In this document: in pieces, positions 13,344 to 23,743 of the stretch
Position numbering within the stretch: position 1 is the stretch's first letter
Layout of the letters: every line of letters begins with the position of its first letter
DNA from: Selaginella moellendorffii
Taxonomy: Eukaryota > Plantae > Lycopodiophyta
Reading direction: 5' to 3'
DNA: 64,000 bases
Assembly (NCBI RefSeq): GCF_000143415.4
Contig: NW_003314269.1
Span: 1,929,544 to 1,993,543 of the forward strand
Made by a program: the position numbers and the translations under genes
Notes under the pieces: generated by a model
What the model was told of the DNA's origin: nothing
Database searches by the model: none
The model's input: the letters and a program-made list of their open reading frames with translations, nothing else

Positions 13344-13399
13344 AGTTAAGCGTCCTTGGGTTTGAATAGTACTGGGCTGGGTGACCTCCCGGGAAGTCC
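13344..13399 (+). promoter_or_regulatory. 5S rRNA internal control region (A box/IE/C box)-like Pol III promoter in the 5' LTR
   Basis: AGTTAAGCGTCCTTGGGTTTGAATAGTACTGGGCTGGGTGACCTCCCGGGAAGTCC is colinear with the 3' half of plant 5S rRNA. Confidence 0.9.
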
Positions 13400-13742
13400 A
13401 AACTCAGGAGCTTACATTTGGTATCAGAGCGGTCTCGGGTCCGACTCTGTTGGTTGGCTAAGGGAATCACACCACGTGTTGATTGACATCTGGCTGGTCC
13501 AATTTGCTCCCGCTGGGCTCGACCCGAGGGGTAGGGTGTCAAGAGAGCGGGGCTCTCGGGAGAGCTGCGGCTCTCAGCTTCCGTTCACGAGGGCGTGAAC
13601 TTGCAGGGAAGCGTGGTGGATTGTAAGCAACCAAAGGGAACGACTTGAGAGACAGTCCATGGGGTTCAAATATAGAGGGAAAGGGCCCATGAATAAGAGT
13701 GCACCCCCTTTTCCAATCGGTTAAGGGTCTTGGGATAGTTGG

Positions 13743-13798
13743 AGTTAAGCGTCCTTGGGTTTGAATAGTACTGGGCTGGGTGACCTCCCGGGAAGTCC
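13743..13798 (+). promoter_or_regulatory. 5S rRNA-like Pol III promoter segment in the 3' LTR
   Basis: Identical to the 56-nt segment at 13344-13399. Confidence 0.9.
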
Positions 13799-14599
13799 AA
13801 ACTCAGGAGCTTACACCCGTTACGCTAAGGCCACGCCCAATCACCTTTGCCACACTGGTAGTCCAATACCACTTGCATCGCAGTCTTGGCTCTCCAAGAC
13901 TAGGCAAACCATCCGTGAGTGGTCATCTCAGATCCACTCCTTAGCATCCTTAGGATGCCTACAGACATGGGGAATAGCCTTCCCCAATATCTCTGTTTCG
14001 GTCCCCACCAAGTCCCTTTCTGTCCTTGGCTGTGTTCGCCAATACTGCCACTGGATCAAGGCCCACCGGCCCGACCACTAAGTCCCACTATCCTCTAGGA
14101 CTTCCTCACTGTGTGACTGTGTCCTTGGTCACTACATTAGAGGCCTACTCCTCTTCCCTTTCACCGTTTGGGACTTTGGGACACCATTTCGGAACACCGT
14201 GGCCTTACGCAAGCCTCATGGGTACTCTCCCCGCTTTTCGCCTTTAAGTGCTCTAGCCATGGGCTTAGAGCGAGGTTCCGTTGAGCCACAACAGGTATCC
14301 AAGTAGGTAGTGCCACCCACACTTGGACTGGGAGCATCGGCCAGTCGATCTCCCGGGGGAACTAGAGCCGGTTCTTGAACACTTCACCAAGCTACCCCGC
14401 TTGTCGGCTTGTGTTCACTCTAGTCTTGGACTTCCCAGTGGGCAGCTCATCACCCAACACTGGGTCCGGCCTTCCTGGGCCAAACTGGCCTTTCCTGGCC
14501 AAACTGGCTCCACTGTAGTCCTCCCCCTACTATACTTTTGGAGCTCACCAAACCCCCCAGGGTCTGGGAGACGAACGCTTTGGGCTTTCACCCTCTCAG

Positions 14600-15163
14600 G
14601 CTCGAACTCGGACTCGGCCTCGGACTCGGACTCGGACTCGGACTCGGACTCGGATTCGGACTCGGACTCGGATTCGGACTCGGACTCGGACTCGGCCTTG
14701 GCCTCGGTCTCGGTCTCGGTCCCGATCTCGGTCTCGGTCTCGGTCCCGGTCTCGGTCTTGGTCCCGGTCTCGACTTCGGACTCCATCTCGGGTCCATCTC
14801 AGACTCCATCTCGGGTCCACCTCGGGTCCATCTCGGACTCCATCTCGGGTCCACCTCGGGTCCATCTCGGACTCCATCTCGGGCTCCACCTCGGGTCCAT
14901 CTCGGACTCCATCTCGGGCTCCACCTCGGACTCCATCTCGGACTCCATCTCGGGTCCATCTCGGGTCCATCTCGGGTCCATCTCAAACTTCATCTCGGAC
15001 TCCATCTCGGGTCCATCTCGGACTCCATCTCGGACTCCATATCGGACTCCACTTTGGGTCCATCTCGGACTCCATATCGGACTCCACTTCGGGTCCATCT
15101 CGGACTCCACTTCGGGTACATCTCGGACTCCAACTCGGGTCCGCCTCGGACTCCATCTCGGAC
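14600..15163. repeat. Compound tandem repeat: (GGACTC)n, then (GGTCTC)n, then 11/12-mers GGACTCCATCTC / GGGTCCATCTC
   Basis: Read directly; it produces the low-complexity ORFs in all six frames. Confidence 0.93.
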
Positions 15164-17395
15164 ACTTCCATGTGTCATGTGTTGGTCCTTTTTATGTCCC
15201 TTTTTGAAGCCTCGCTTATTGCTCTCTTTGTGCTTGTTCCTCGAGCACTTCGTTGGGAGTTCCACTCCCGCTCTCAACCTTTCAAGGCGGAGCTTTTAGT
15301 CCAAACGTGTTACGCTCGTTTGGCTTTCGCTTCGGCCACTACTATGTGGCGCCCTTCCGGCTCCACTTTGGGGCCTAGGGATTTTGTGTCTCACATAATG
15401 ATGGTTGGTCTGGTTGATTTGTTTTCACTTTCCTTTTGAAACTGCAGGAATAGACATGGAAGCTGAAACCACCCCCAAAGCCTGAAGTAGCAAAAAGAGA
15501 GCCAAAACCAGGGATTGATCTTGGTAGTGACAAAGAGATTGCAGAAGAGCAAGTTCACACGTCCAAGAAAATGGTGACTGGCAATCTTTTTATAGATTTT
15601 TCTGCTAATGGGATATTATGCAGATTGTTGTAAGGGACAAAGATTGGTGGTGCAGTAGCATTTAGTGACCGAGATGCCATGGTTATTACTTCAAATTACA
15701 TGTCCAAAATTTGCAGTTTTTGCTTTGCTTTCGTGAGACAGCCAGGATTGTGAACTTGGTGTTGCTGAATAACACATGGTGATAAATTTATTCATTTATA
15801 TGTGGTGTATGTGTTTCTTTTGAATGTAGATGACATTAAGCACAAGCTTTATCACTTTTATGGTTTTGAGCTATTCCACCATGAATTAGAAGAACACTTG
15901 CCAAGTACAGGATGTCCTAGCTCTAAAAGCTTTTTGCATGGCTCTTTCGAGTTAGTCCCATGCTTAAACATGTGCATTTATCTATCTATTACTTTCTTCT
16001 CTTGTTTTGGTAGAAAGCTTAGTTTTTTTGTGTGGTTTCTTTCTTGCCAGGATTAGAAGGATAAAACATTGTAGCTCAAAATCTGAGAATGCTGGTTTTA
16101 ATGCCATTGCATTAACAAGAACCAATTATATATAGTTTTAAAGAACTAAACTTAGCACTTGTATGTTTTTATTTTTATTTAATGTGTATTATGTCAAAAT
16201 TTACTTGCTTATCTCTTTATATTATGACCAATCTGGATTTATATTTTCAGAATTATATAATTTAAATATATATGGGAAAAAAGAGAATTTATATCAGGGT
16301 TCTTTTGTAAAAGATGCACATCAAATCTAAGAGAAAATTCTATATTTGCTGAACATATTTGAAGAGCTGAATTACTCATATGGGACAAGATAAGCATGAT
16401 AACCATTCATGCTTTGTGTGACCTCAAGAATTGTGGCACGGATTTTAGTGGTATCACATTTGGTGATAGGGGGAGACTTTAGGCAAACCTTACCTGTTCT
16501 TAAAAGAACTTGCCACACACAAATCATTTGAAATAGTGTTAAATCCTCACCAAGATGGTCTAAAATTCTAAAGTTCTCATTGCCTATAAACATGCAAGTG
16601 AACCCAGAAGAAAAGGAATGGTCAAGATGGCTTGTGACCCAAGGAAATGGCAATCTCCCTAACCTCCTAAGATTTAATCAGGACATTTAGAGCACCATTA
16701 ACATCCACTACTGGAGAACAATTGATAGAGACAAGCAACTTAAGCCTACTTTGAAAGGCTATTCTCACAACTTAAATGACCTCTCTTTACAAGTAAATGA
16801 CTAAATCCTTTCAAGAATGAGAAACAATAACAAACAAGAGCATTGATACTTTAGAAAGAGAATCAAATGAGAAGATGCTTGATTATCCTCTTAAACTTGG
16901 TAACACCGTCTGGAATGCCTTCACATAAGCTAAACATAAAAATCAGCTGTATCATAATGCTCTTACATAATATTAACACAAATAAACTATCATAACCAAA
17001 GCTTTATTGAAGTTAAAATTTTACATAATGATATGTAAGTAAGAAAAAAATTCTACCAATAATCTCTTTGAAACCAAAAAAATGGAGATATGCCAATCAT
17101 TGTTAAATGGTAGTAGTTCTCTATAAGACATTCATTTTCTATTACAATTTGCAAATCCTAAAGACAAACACTGTAAAATATAAAGATATTATTGCCAAGA
17201 CAAGTTTTCAACCATGGTCAACTTTATAACGCACTCTTTTAAGGGGAACATCAAAGACACAAATGTCTGTAGAACAATATGAGGGACAAGGTTTTCTTCA
17301 AAATAAAATAGTGTACACAAAAAACATAGTCTATAAAGAAATTATTTAAAATGATAATATAAAAAAACATAATTAGCTAGTCTTTCTTATACTTA

Positions 17396-18792
17396 GAGTG
17401 TCTCGGCAGAATCTTTGGCCATGCTCACGCAATACCCCATCACTTCAAAGCCGGACCGGTAGCTGTACTGCATGGACTTCCACATAAACAGCGCGGCCAT
17501 GGCTCCAAACCACACGCCAACAATCCAGAGTCGACGCCAATCCTCTTGGAAAGCATTCTTGGTGCTGCAAGCAAGGAACTGTAGCCTCCCCAGCCTTTCC
17601 ACGTTACACGGGTGATGGCTCTGGTAGTGCTGCCGGAACGAATCAGCCTCAAAGGTGCGCTTGCCTAACAAGCTCTCGAGCTGTGATATCTGTGATGAAG
17701 ATGGTCAAGTGGAGTTTGAGTAAAGAATGTAATCGAAGACGAGAAAGAAAAACTTACGCCAACTTCGCCTTTCTTCTCACGATCCAGTTCTTCCATCAAC
17801 AATGCCGCGTACTCCTCCGCCTGCTCGCCGAGAATCGAGAGTTGGTTGGCCGACGCGCTCAGAAGGATGGCCTGAGAGTGATCAACCATAAGCTTTCTTA
17901 TAGTCTGGAGAAAATAAGAAACTAGCTCGAACATTGCGATCAAAGAAACCTAATACTCCACAAGAACCAAGAAAATCGTCCTCTAAATACCAATGCACGC
18001 GCCAAATCGGCCAGGCGGGAGCTTTCCATCGCTGCTCGAGAGCTTCTCGAATCGCTCCATCACTCTGTGCCACACCGCCTCGTCCCCAGCGCTCGCCGTG
18101 CGCTTGTCGATGAAGCGGAGGCCCTCCAGCGCGCTATTCACATTGTTCCTGGCATACTTGCATTCGAACGGGTACGATTAATAAAAAACGCCGTTTAAAA
18201 CGCGCGTATAATACGGCGTTTAAAACGGCGTTTAAACACCAAGAATATTTTTAAAAACCCTAAAGAATATGCTTTCTTTTACTTAGGATTAGGGTTCATG
18301 TAAAATCAGGGTTCGAAAAAAACTGTAAAATTAGGGTTCGAAAAAAACTGAAAACCATTATACCCGTTCGAAAAAAAGCTAAACGGGTATTAAACGTTCG
18401 ATACCCGTTCGAATCCGGTTGCGTTCGAATGTTCGGATGCAAGTATGGTTCCTGGCAGCACTGGCATCCTCGTCCTCCACCACCGGCATTACGCGAGCAT
18501 TGCTCCTAGCCATGGCGCTGCCGGAGCTCTCGCTATCGATCACAAGCTCGACAAATCCCGGCTGATCCACCAGTTGCTGTTCGTGCGATCCCTCGAAATA
18601 TTTTGCCGCCTCTTCCTGCTCGTCCGCGCGAGGAATTTCCCCAGGAACACTGCCGCTGCCGCTCGAAATCTCATCCTTCCCGGCCGGCATTTGCGAATCG
18701 CGAGCGCCGGATCGAGAATTCCGCAACCCCTGCGTGAAGATCGAGCCTTGCAGAAAGCCTGGAATGGGGATTTCTTGCGCGCTTTCATGCAT
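17396..18792 (-). pseudogene. RBOH 5' fragment pseudogene
   Basis: Truncated at AETL. Lacks the sequence equivalent to 7736-8036 (EF-hand exons; junction cgaac|attgcg at ~17932). Exon 1 is disrupted by a MITE. Confidence 0.9.
18153..18447. mobile_element. hAT-superfamily MITE (295 bp)
   Basis: 17-bp TIRs CATACTTGCAT(T/C)CGAAC; 8-bp TSD GTTCCTGG (18145-18152, 18448-18455); empty site present in copy A at ~8249-8256; subterminal TTCGAA and TACCCGTTCG repeats. Confidence 0.93.
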
Positions 18793-19238
18793 TGCACTGC
18801 AAGGCAGGCGGCAGAGAACTGCGCGCCACCAAACACCAAGATTCCAGAGCGCCGATCGATCGAAGGCGAGAAGAAAAGGAGTGCCTTTTGATCCAATCTA
18901 ACAGCGCGCTGGAAGGAACTGACGATCGATCGCGACGGCATACGAACATTTGGGCTTGGCAGAAGAGGAGTACACACACAAAGGAGAGGAGGGAAGCGTT
19001 TCTATTTGCATTTAAAACCGGTGGGTGGTAGTGATCGATCTTCAAAGCAATGAAATATCGATCGATCCATCGCTCCATCGCCTGCCCCGTGTTGGTAGTT
19101 CTCTCCCTTTATATCCTTTCTTTCTTCTCATCTTCTTCGCTCTTCTTTAATGTGGGAGAGTTTAAGTTCTTCCTGGAAGGAAGAATTAGCAGCCATTGGA
19201 CAGACTTTGGTGCCATTGGAGCTTAGGGTTCTTGGGCG

Positions 19239-21215
19239 ATGCCCACTGATGCCCAGATATTCGCTGATCTCCTCAAATTGTGTGCTCAATCGAAGGATCT
19301 CAGCACTGGCAAGCAAATTCACCAGAGGATCATTCACAGCCGCCTCGATCGCAATCGCTACCTTTGCAATCTTCTCATCGATATGTATGGGAAATGCGGA
19401 AGCATCCAAGGCGCGAGATTGGTTTTCCAAGAAATCGATAGGCCCAATCCTTTTACCTGGAACATTGTCATATCTGCAAATGCCGCGAATGGGCATTTGG
19501 AAGAGGCCCGTAGCCTCTTCGATCGAATGCCCAAAAGAAACTCCGTGTCGTGGAACACGATTATCTCCGCTTACGCCCAGCACGGCAGATTAGACGATGC
19601 CTGCCATCTCTTCGCCCAGATCCCCGATCAGCAGCGCGACGAGATATCCTGGAACGCAATTGTCCAGGCTTGTGCTCTAAACGGGCGCTTGGATCGAGCG
19701 CAGGAGCTATTCGATCGAATGCCGCAGCACAGCGTGATCTCCTCCACCGCGCTTGTCGCGGCGTACGCGAGGAGCGGAGAACTCTCCCGGGCGAGAGCGA
19801 TCTTCGATCAAATGCCGGATCGCGATGCTGTCTCCTGGATCGCGATGGCGAGCGCTTACGCCCAGATCGGCAATCTCATCGAGGTCAAGAGCCTGTTCGA
19901 TCGATCACAGACTCTCCATCGATCCTCACAGAATGCGCTCGTCCTGGAATCCTGGAATGCCCTTCTCGTGGCATATGCCCGGAATGGGCATCTGGCATAT
20001 GCCAAGCAAGTGTTCGATGAGATTCCCTACAGGGACATCGTGACGTGGAACTCGATGCTCCAAGCGTTCGCGGAGGCCGGCCATGTGGAAAGCGCGCGGG
20101 AGATATTCCTCTCCATGCCCGAGAGAGACGTGGTTTCTTCCACCGCGGCGATGGTGGCGGTAGGGCAAGAGAGTGCGCGGGAGATCTTCGCTGAGATGCC
20201 CCAGAAGAATCTCATCAGCTGGAACACGATCGTGACGATCCACTCGCGGAATGGCGATGTGATCGGCGCCAGGAGCCTGTTCGATCGCATGCCCGAGCAC
20301 GATCTCGTGTCGTGGAACACTATGATCGCGGCGTATTGCCAGTCGGGGCGAATGGAGGACGCGCGATCGCTGCTAGAATCGATGCCCGTCTGGGATCCAG
20401 TGTCGTGGATCTTGATGATCTCCGGCTATGGCGAATTTGGCGATGTGATCCAGGCCAAGCACGCGTTTGGTTTGATCCCAGACCGGGACAGCGTCGCTTG
20501 GAGCGCGATTATCTCTGCGTATGCTCGAAATGGGCATTCCAGAGAGGCGCTGGCGCTGTTTTGCCGGATGGATCTGGAGGGCATCCCGCCCGAGCAATCC
20601 AGCCTCGCCAGCGCCATCGATGCTTGCGCGGCCCTCTCATCGCTCGCGCTGGGCAAGATCATTCACTCCATGGCGATCGATGCCGGATTTGCCTGGGATG
20701 TGATCGTGGCGAGCGCGCTTGTGGATCTCTATGGCAAATGCGGGCGGTGGGAGACGGCCATGGCGATCTTCGAGAAGATGCCGCGGAAGAACACGGTTTC
20801 CTGGAGTGCTGTTCTCGCCGCCAGAGCCAGGAGCGGGGCTGGCGGCACCGCGGCGGCGGTGGAGATCTTTGGGCGAATGGCGCTGGAGGGATTCGGCGCC
20901 GATCCAATCGCGTTCATGACCGCGCTCTACGCGTGTAGCCATGGCGGATTGCTGGACAAGGGATTGAGCCTCTTCGCATCGCTGAGCAGCGATTTTGGGA
21001 TGGATCCGTGGGGGGCGCACTACGTGTGTGTGATCGATCTCCTCGCCCGGTCGGGGCAGCTTGGGAGATCCGAGGAGCTTATCGCGAGCATGCCATTCGA
21101 ACCTGGGATTGTGGCGTGGTCGTCGCTGCTCGGGGCGAGCAATCTCCAGGCGGATGTATGGAGAGGGCGTCGCGCTGCCGAGGAAGTCTCGAAGCGCTCC
21201 TCTCAAGAACCCTAA
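19239..21215 (+). CDS. PLS-class pentatricopeptide repeat protein, partial E domain, no DYW
   Basis: Intronless 658 aa; ~31-aa repeats (VSWN.MI.AY...G....A..LF..MP); C-terminal ACSHGGL...HYVCVIDLLARSG...MPFEP..VAWSSLL. Confidence 0.93.
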   Translation: MPTDAQIFADLLKLCAQSKDLSTGKQIHQRIIHSRLDRNRYLCNLLIDMYGKCGSIQGARLVFQEIDRPNPFTWNIVISANAANGHLEEARSLFDRMPKRNSVSWNTIISAYAQHGRLDDACHLFAQIPDQQRDEISWNAIVQACALNGRLDRAQELFDRMPQHSVISSTALVAAYARSGELSRARAIFDQMPDRDAVSWIAMASAYAQIGNLIEVKSLFDRSQTLHRSSQNALVLESWNALLVAYARNGHLAYAKQVFDEIPYRDIVTWNSMLQAFAEAGHVESAREIFLSMPERDVVSSTAAMVAVGQESAREIFAEMPQKNLISWNTIVTIHSRNGDVIGARSLFDRMPEHDLVSWNTMIAAYCQSGRMEDARSLLESMPVWDPVSWILMISGYGEFGDVIQAKHAFGLIPDRDSVAWSAIISAYARNGHSREALALFCRMDLEGIPPEQSSLASAIDACAALSSLALGKIIHSMAIDAGFAWDVIVASALVDLYGKCGRWETAMAIFEKMPRKNTVSWSAVLAARARSGAGGTAAAVEIFGRMALEGFGADPIAFMTALYACSHGGLLDKGLSLFASLSSDFGMDPWGAHYVCVIDLLARSGQLGRSEELIASMPFEPGIVAWSSLLGASNLQADVWRGRRAAEEVSKRSSQEP

Positions 21216-21258
21216 AAACAGAGTGATGAACTATCACAGTCGATTGAGATGAAATTCT

Positions 21259-23580
21259 ATGCTCGCAACTCGATCGGGCATTTCCGAGGCGGCGATCTAT
21301 GCGCAGCTCATCCGCAGCTGTGGATCCGAGAGGAATCTCGACCGCGCGAGGCAGATCCATGCCCGGATCATCGCCGCCGATTACCCGCTGGATCGCTACC
21401 TGAACAATCTGCTCGTGGAGATGTATGGCAAATGCGGTGGCGTGGAGGACGCGCGCCGCGTCTTCGATGCCATTCGCGATCCCAACCAGTTCTCCTGGAA
21501 TCTCATGCTCTCCGCGTGGATCCATGCCCGCAGCGGCGGCGGCCTCCACCGCGCGCGATCGTTCTTCGATGAAATGCCGCAGCGTGACACCGTATCGTGG
21601 AACGAGATGATCACGGCATATTCCCAAGCCGGGCACCTACACGAAGTCAGGGCTCTCTTTCGCGATATGCCCAATCCTGACCTAATCTCGTGGAATACGC
21701 TCCTTTCAGCAAATGCCCAAAAGGGGTTTCTGGAAGACTCTAAGCAACTCTTTAGAGATATGCCTTGCCATGACATGGTATCATGGAACTGTCTAATCTC
21801 CTGCTTTGCACAAGATGGAGATTTGGACAAAGCTCGAGCTTTGTTTCACAAGATGCCCCAATGGGACATAATTACGTGGAATACACTTATTTCGATTTAT
21901 GCCCAAGCCGGGCATCACAGGGAGTGCAAAGACTTGTTTGAGACGATGCCACGCCGGAACGTGGTGACGTGGACGGCCGTCCTTGCCGTACATGTCCAAA
22001 ACGGCCAGGTCGTCGAGGCCCGACGGACGTACGACCGGATGCCCGAGTGGGACGTTGTGTCGTGCTCGGCTATGGTGACGGCATATGCCCAAGCCGGGCA
22101 TTTGGAAGAGGCCAGCGAGATCTTTAGAGGAATGAAGCAGCGCAACACGGTGGCGTGGACGTCGCTCCTGGCGGCATACGCGCAGGCCGGGAACTTCCAG
22201 CGCGCGAAAGCATTGTTTGCGGAGATGCCGGAGAAGACAGTTTCGGCCTGGAACTCGATGATCACGGGCTACGGCCTCCACGGGCACTTGAGCGAGGCGC
22301 GCCGGCTCTTCCTCGAGGCCCCCGCGAGGGACACGGTCACCTGGAACGCGATGATCCAGGCGTGCATTGATAATCTTCGCTTCCAGGACGCCAAGGGCCT
22401 GTTCGATCAGATGCCCCACCACGACGTCCTCTCCTGGAACTCGATGATGGTGGGATTCTCGCAGCTCGGGGAGCTCCGCGAGGCGGAGCGTCTCTTCCGA
22501 TCCATCCCGGAGAGGAATGTGGTTTCTTGGAACACGATGATCGCCACTTACGCGCAGCATGGATTCGTCCGCGAGGCCGCGGAGCTCTTCGATCGCATCC
22601 CCCGCCGCGACATCGTCACCTGGAACGCGATCATCTCCGGGTTTGGTCAAAACGGGCTCGCGGAGGAAGCCAAGGCGGCGTTCGAGCAAATGCCCGAGAG
22701 GAACATGGTCTCCTGGACGGCCGCGATCGCGGCGCTGTCCCAGAACGGACGGCTGGATGAGGCCCGGGACCTGTTTGAAAGAATGCCGCGCCGCGACGTG
22801 GTGGCGTGGAGCGCTATAATCGCCGCGAACGCCCAGAACGGCCGTGGGTGGCAGGCGATACACCTCTTCCGCCTCATGGACCTCGACGGCGTTCGCCCGG
22901 ACATCAGTACATACGCCAGCGTTCTCGACGCGTGCGCGGGCGTTGGATCGCTGGGCCTGGGCCGCCTCGCGCACGCCGACGCCGTCCACGCGGGCGTCCA
23001 CGTCGACGTCGTTGTGGCGGGCGCGCTGGTCAACATGTACGGCAAGTGCGGCCAGCTCGGCGCCGCGCGGCGGCTCTTCGACGCGCAGCAGGTACGGAAC
23101 GCGGTGACATGGACCGCCATGGTGGCGGCATATGCCCAGAACGGCCATGGCGCCCAGGCACTTGAGCTCTTCCACGTCATGAACGCCGAGGGCGTGGGCG
23201 CCTGCTCGGTTGTCTTCGTCAGCATCCTCTCCGCGTGTAGCCACCTGGGACTGGTCCGCCAGGCACGGGACTACGTCCACTCCATCACCCGCGACCACGG
23301 GATGGCGGTGACGTGGGACCACTACCACTGTATGATCGACGTCTTTGGACGGGCAGGATGGCTCCTCGAGGCCGAGGAGCTCATCACGAGCATGCCCTTC
23401 TTGCCCGGGGACGTTGCATGGACGACGCTGCTATCGGCGTGTAAGCTCCACGGTGACAAGCACCGAGGTAACCGAGCCGCGGACGTGGTGATCGAGCAAG
23501 AGGACTCGGACCAAGTCGGCTCGGCTTTCATGCTCTTGAGAAACGTTGTAACGGATCCTCAAATTGTCTTTCAAAGTTAA
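21259..23580 (+). CDS. PLS-class PPR protein (E-type, no DYW)
   Basis: Intronless 773 aa PPR array ending ACSHLGL..HYHCMIDVFGRAG..MPFLPGDVAWTTLL. Confidence 0.93.
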   Translation: MLATRSGISEAAIYAQLIRSCGSERNLDRARQIHARIIAADYPLDRYLNNLLVEMYGKCGGVEDARRVFDAIRDPNQFSWNLMLSAWIHARSGGGLHRARSFFDEMPQRDTVSWNEMITAYSQAGHLHEVRALFRDMPNPDLISWNTLLSANAQKGFLEDSKQLFRDMPCHDMVSWNCLISCFAQDGDLDKARALFHKMPQWDIITWNTLISIYAQAGHHRECKDLFETMPRRNVVTWTAVLAVHVQNGQVVEARRTYDRMPEWDVVSCSAMVTAYAQAGHLEEASEIFRGMKQRNTVAWTSLLAAYAQAGNFQRAKALFAEMPEKTVSAWNSMITGYGLHGHLSEARRLFLEAPARDTVTWNAMIQACIDNLRFQDAKGLFDQMPHHDVLSWNSMMVGFSQLGELREAERLFRSIPERNVVSWNTMIATYAQHGFVREAAELFDRIPRRDIVTWNAIISGFGQNGLAEEAKAAFEQMPERNMVSWTAAIAALSQNGRLDEARDLFERMPRRDVVAWSAIIAANAQNGRGWQAIHLFRLMDLDGVRPDISTYASVLDACAGVGSLGLGRLAHADAVHAGVHVDVVVAGALVNMYGKCGQLGAARRLFDAQQVRNAVTWTAMVAAYAQNGHGAQALELFHVMNAEGVGACSVVFVSILSACSHLGLVRQARDYVHSITRDHGMAVTWDHYHCMIDVFGRAGWLLEAEELITSMPFLPGDVAWTTLLSACKLHGDKHRGNRAADVVIEQEDSDQVGSAFMLLRNVVTDPQIVFQS

Positions 23581-23743
23581 TCCAAGCCAAAATTAATTTT
23601 ACATCCAGGTCTTGCCAGCTGAGAGAAGTTTCGTCTGTGCCTATACACCACCATCCTTTGATTTTGGAGAGAGAGGAGAGAACCCACGCTAAGATCTGAG
23701 AGAGTAGAGGCTTACGTTGTTTTGTCCCTGTTCTTCCGCTTTC

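Larger units (their letters stand above)
13223..13815 (+). mobile_element. Cassandra-type TRIM (593 bp non-autonomous LTR retrotransposon with 5S rRNA-derived LTR segment)
   Basis: Two 194-bp LTRs (13223-13416, 13622-13815; TGTAAGC...GCTTACA; 3 mismatches). PBS TGGTATCAGAGC at 13419-13430; purine-rich tract before the 3' LTR; 5-bp TSD CCCGT (13218-13222, 13816-13820). Confidence 0.95.
12611..15390. mobile_element. Putative degenerate TE insertion (GC-rich block) hosting the Cassandra element and the satellite
   Basis: GC-rich block between AT-rich flanks, bounded by the direct repeat TCACAT (12605-12610 and 15391-15396). Weak retroviral-protease-like remnants on the minus strand (VVLD...; DAILG). 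Confidence 0.4.
17396..19711. repeat. Segmental duplication copy B
   Basis: Direct repeat of 7199-9519, with a ~300-bp deletion and a MITE insertion. Confidence 0.95.

Noticed and set aside
13344-13399. 5S rRNA gene
   Set aside because: Only ~56 nt of the 3' half is present, embedded in LTRs; it is a Cassandra component, not a gene.
14323-15299. Long low-complexity ORFs; possible CRISPR-like array
   Set aside because: By-products of stop-free tandem repeats; there are no unique spacers.
9520-17395. Helitron as the cause of the insertion and duplication
   Set aside because: A CTAG lies near 17377-17380 but has no GC-rich hairpin and is not at the junction; no 5' TC at the left junction.
21793-23328. 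511-aa antisense ORF and similar antisense ORFs over GC-rich genes
   Set aside because: Expected from high GC3 codon bias on the sense strand; no motifs.
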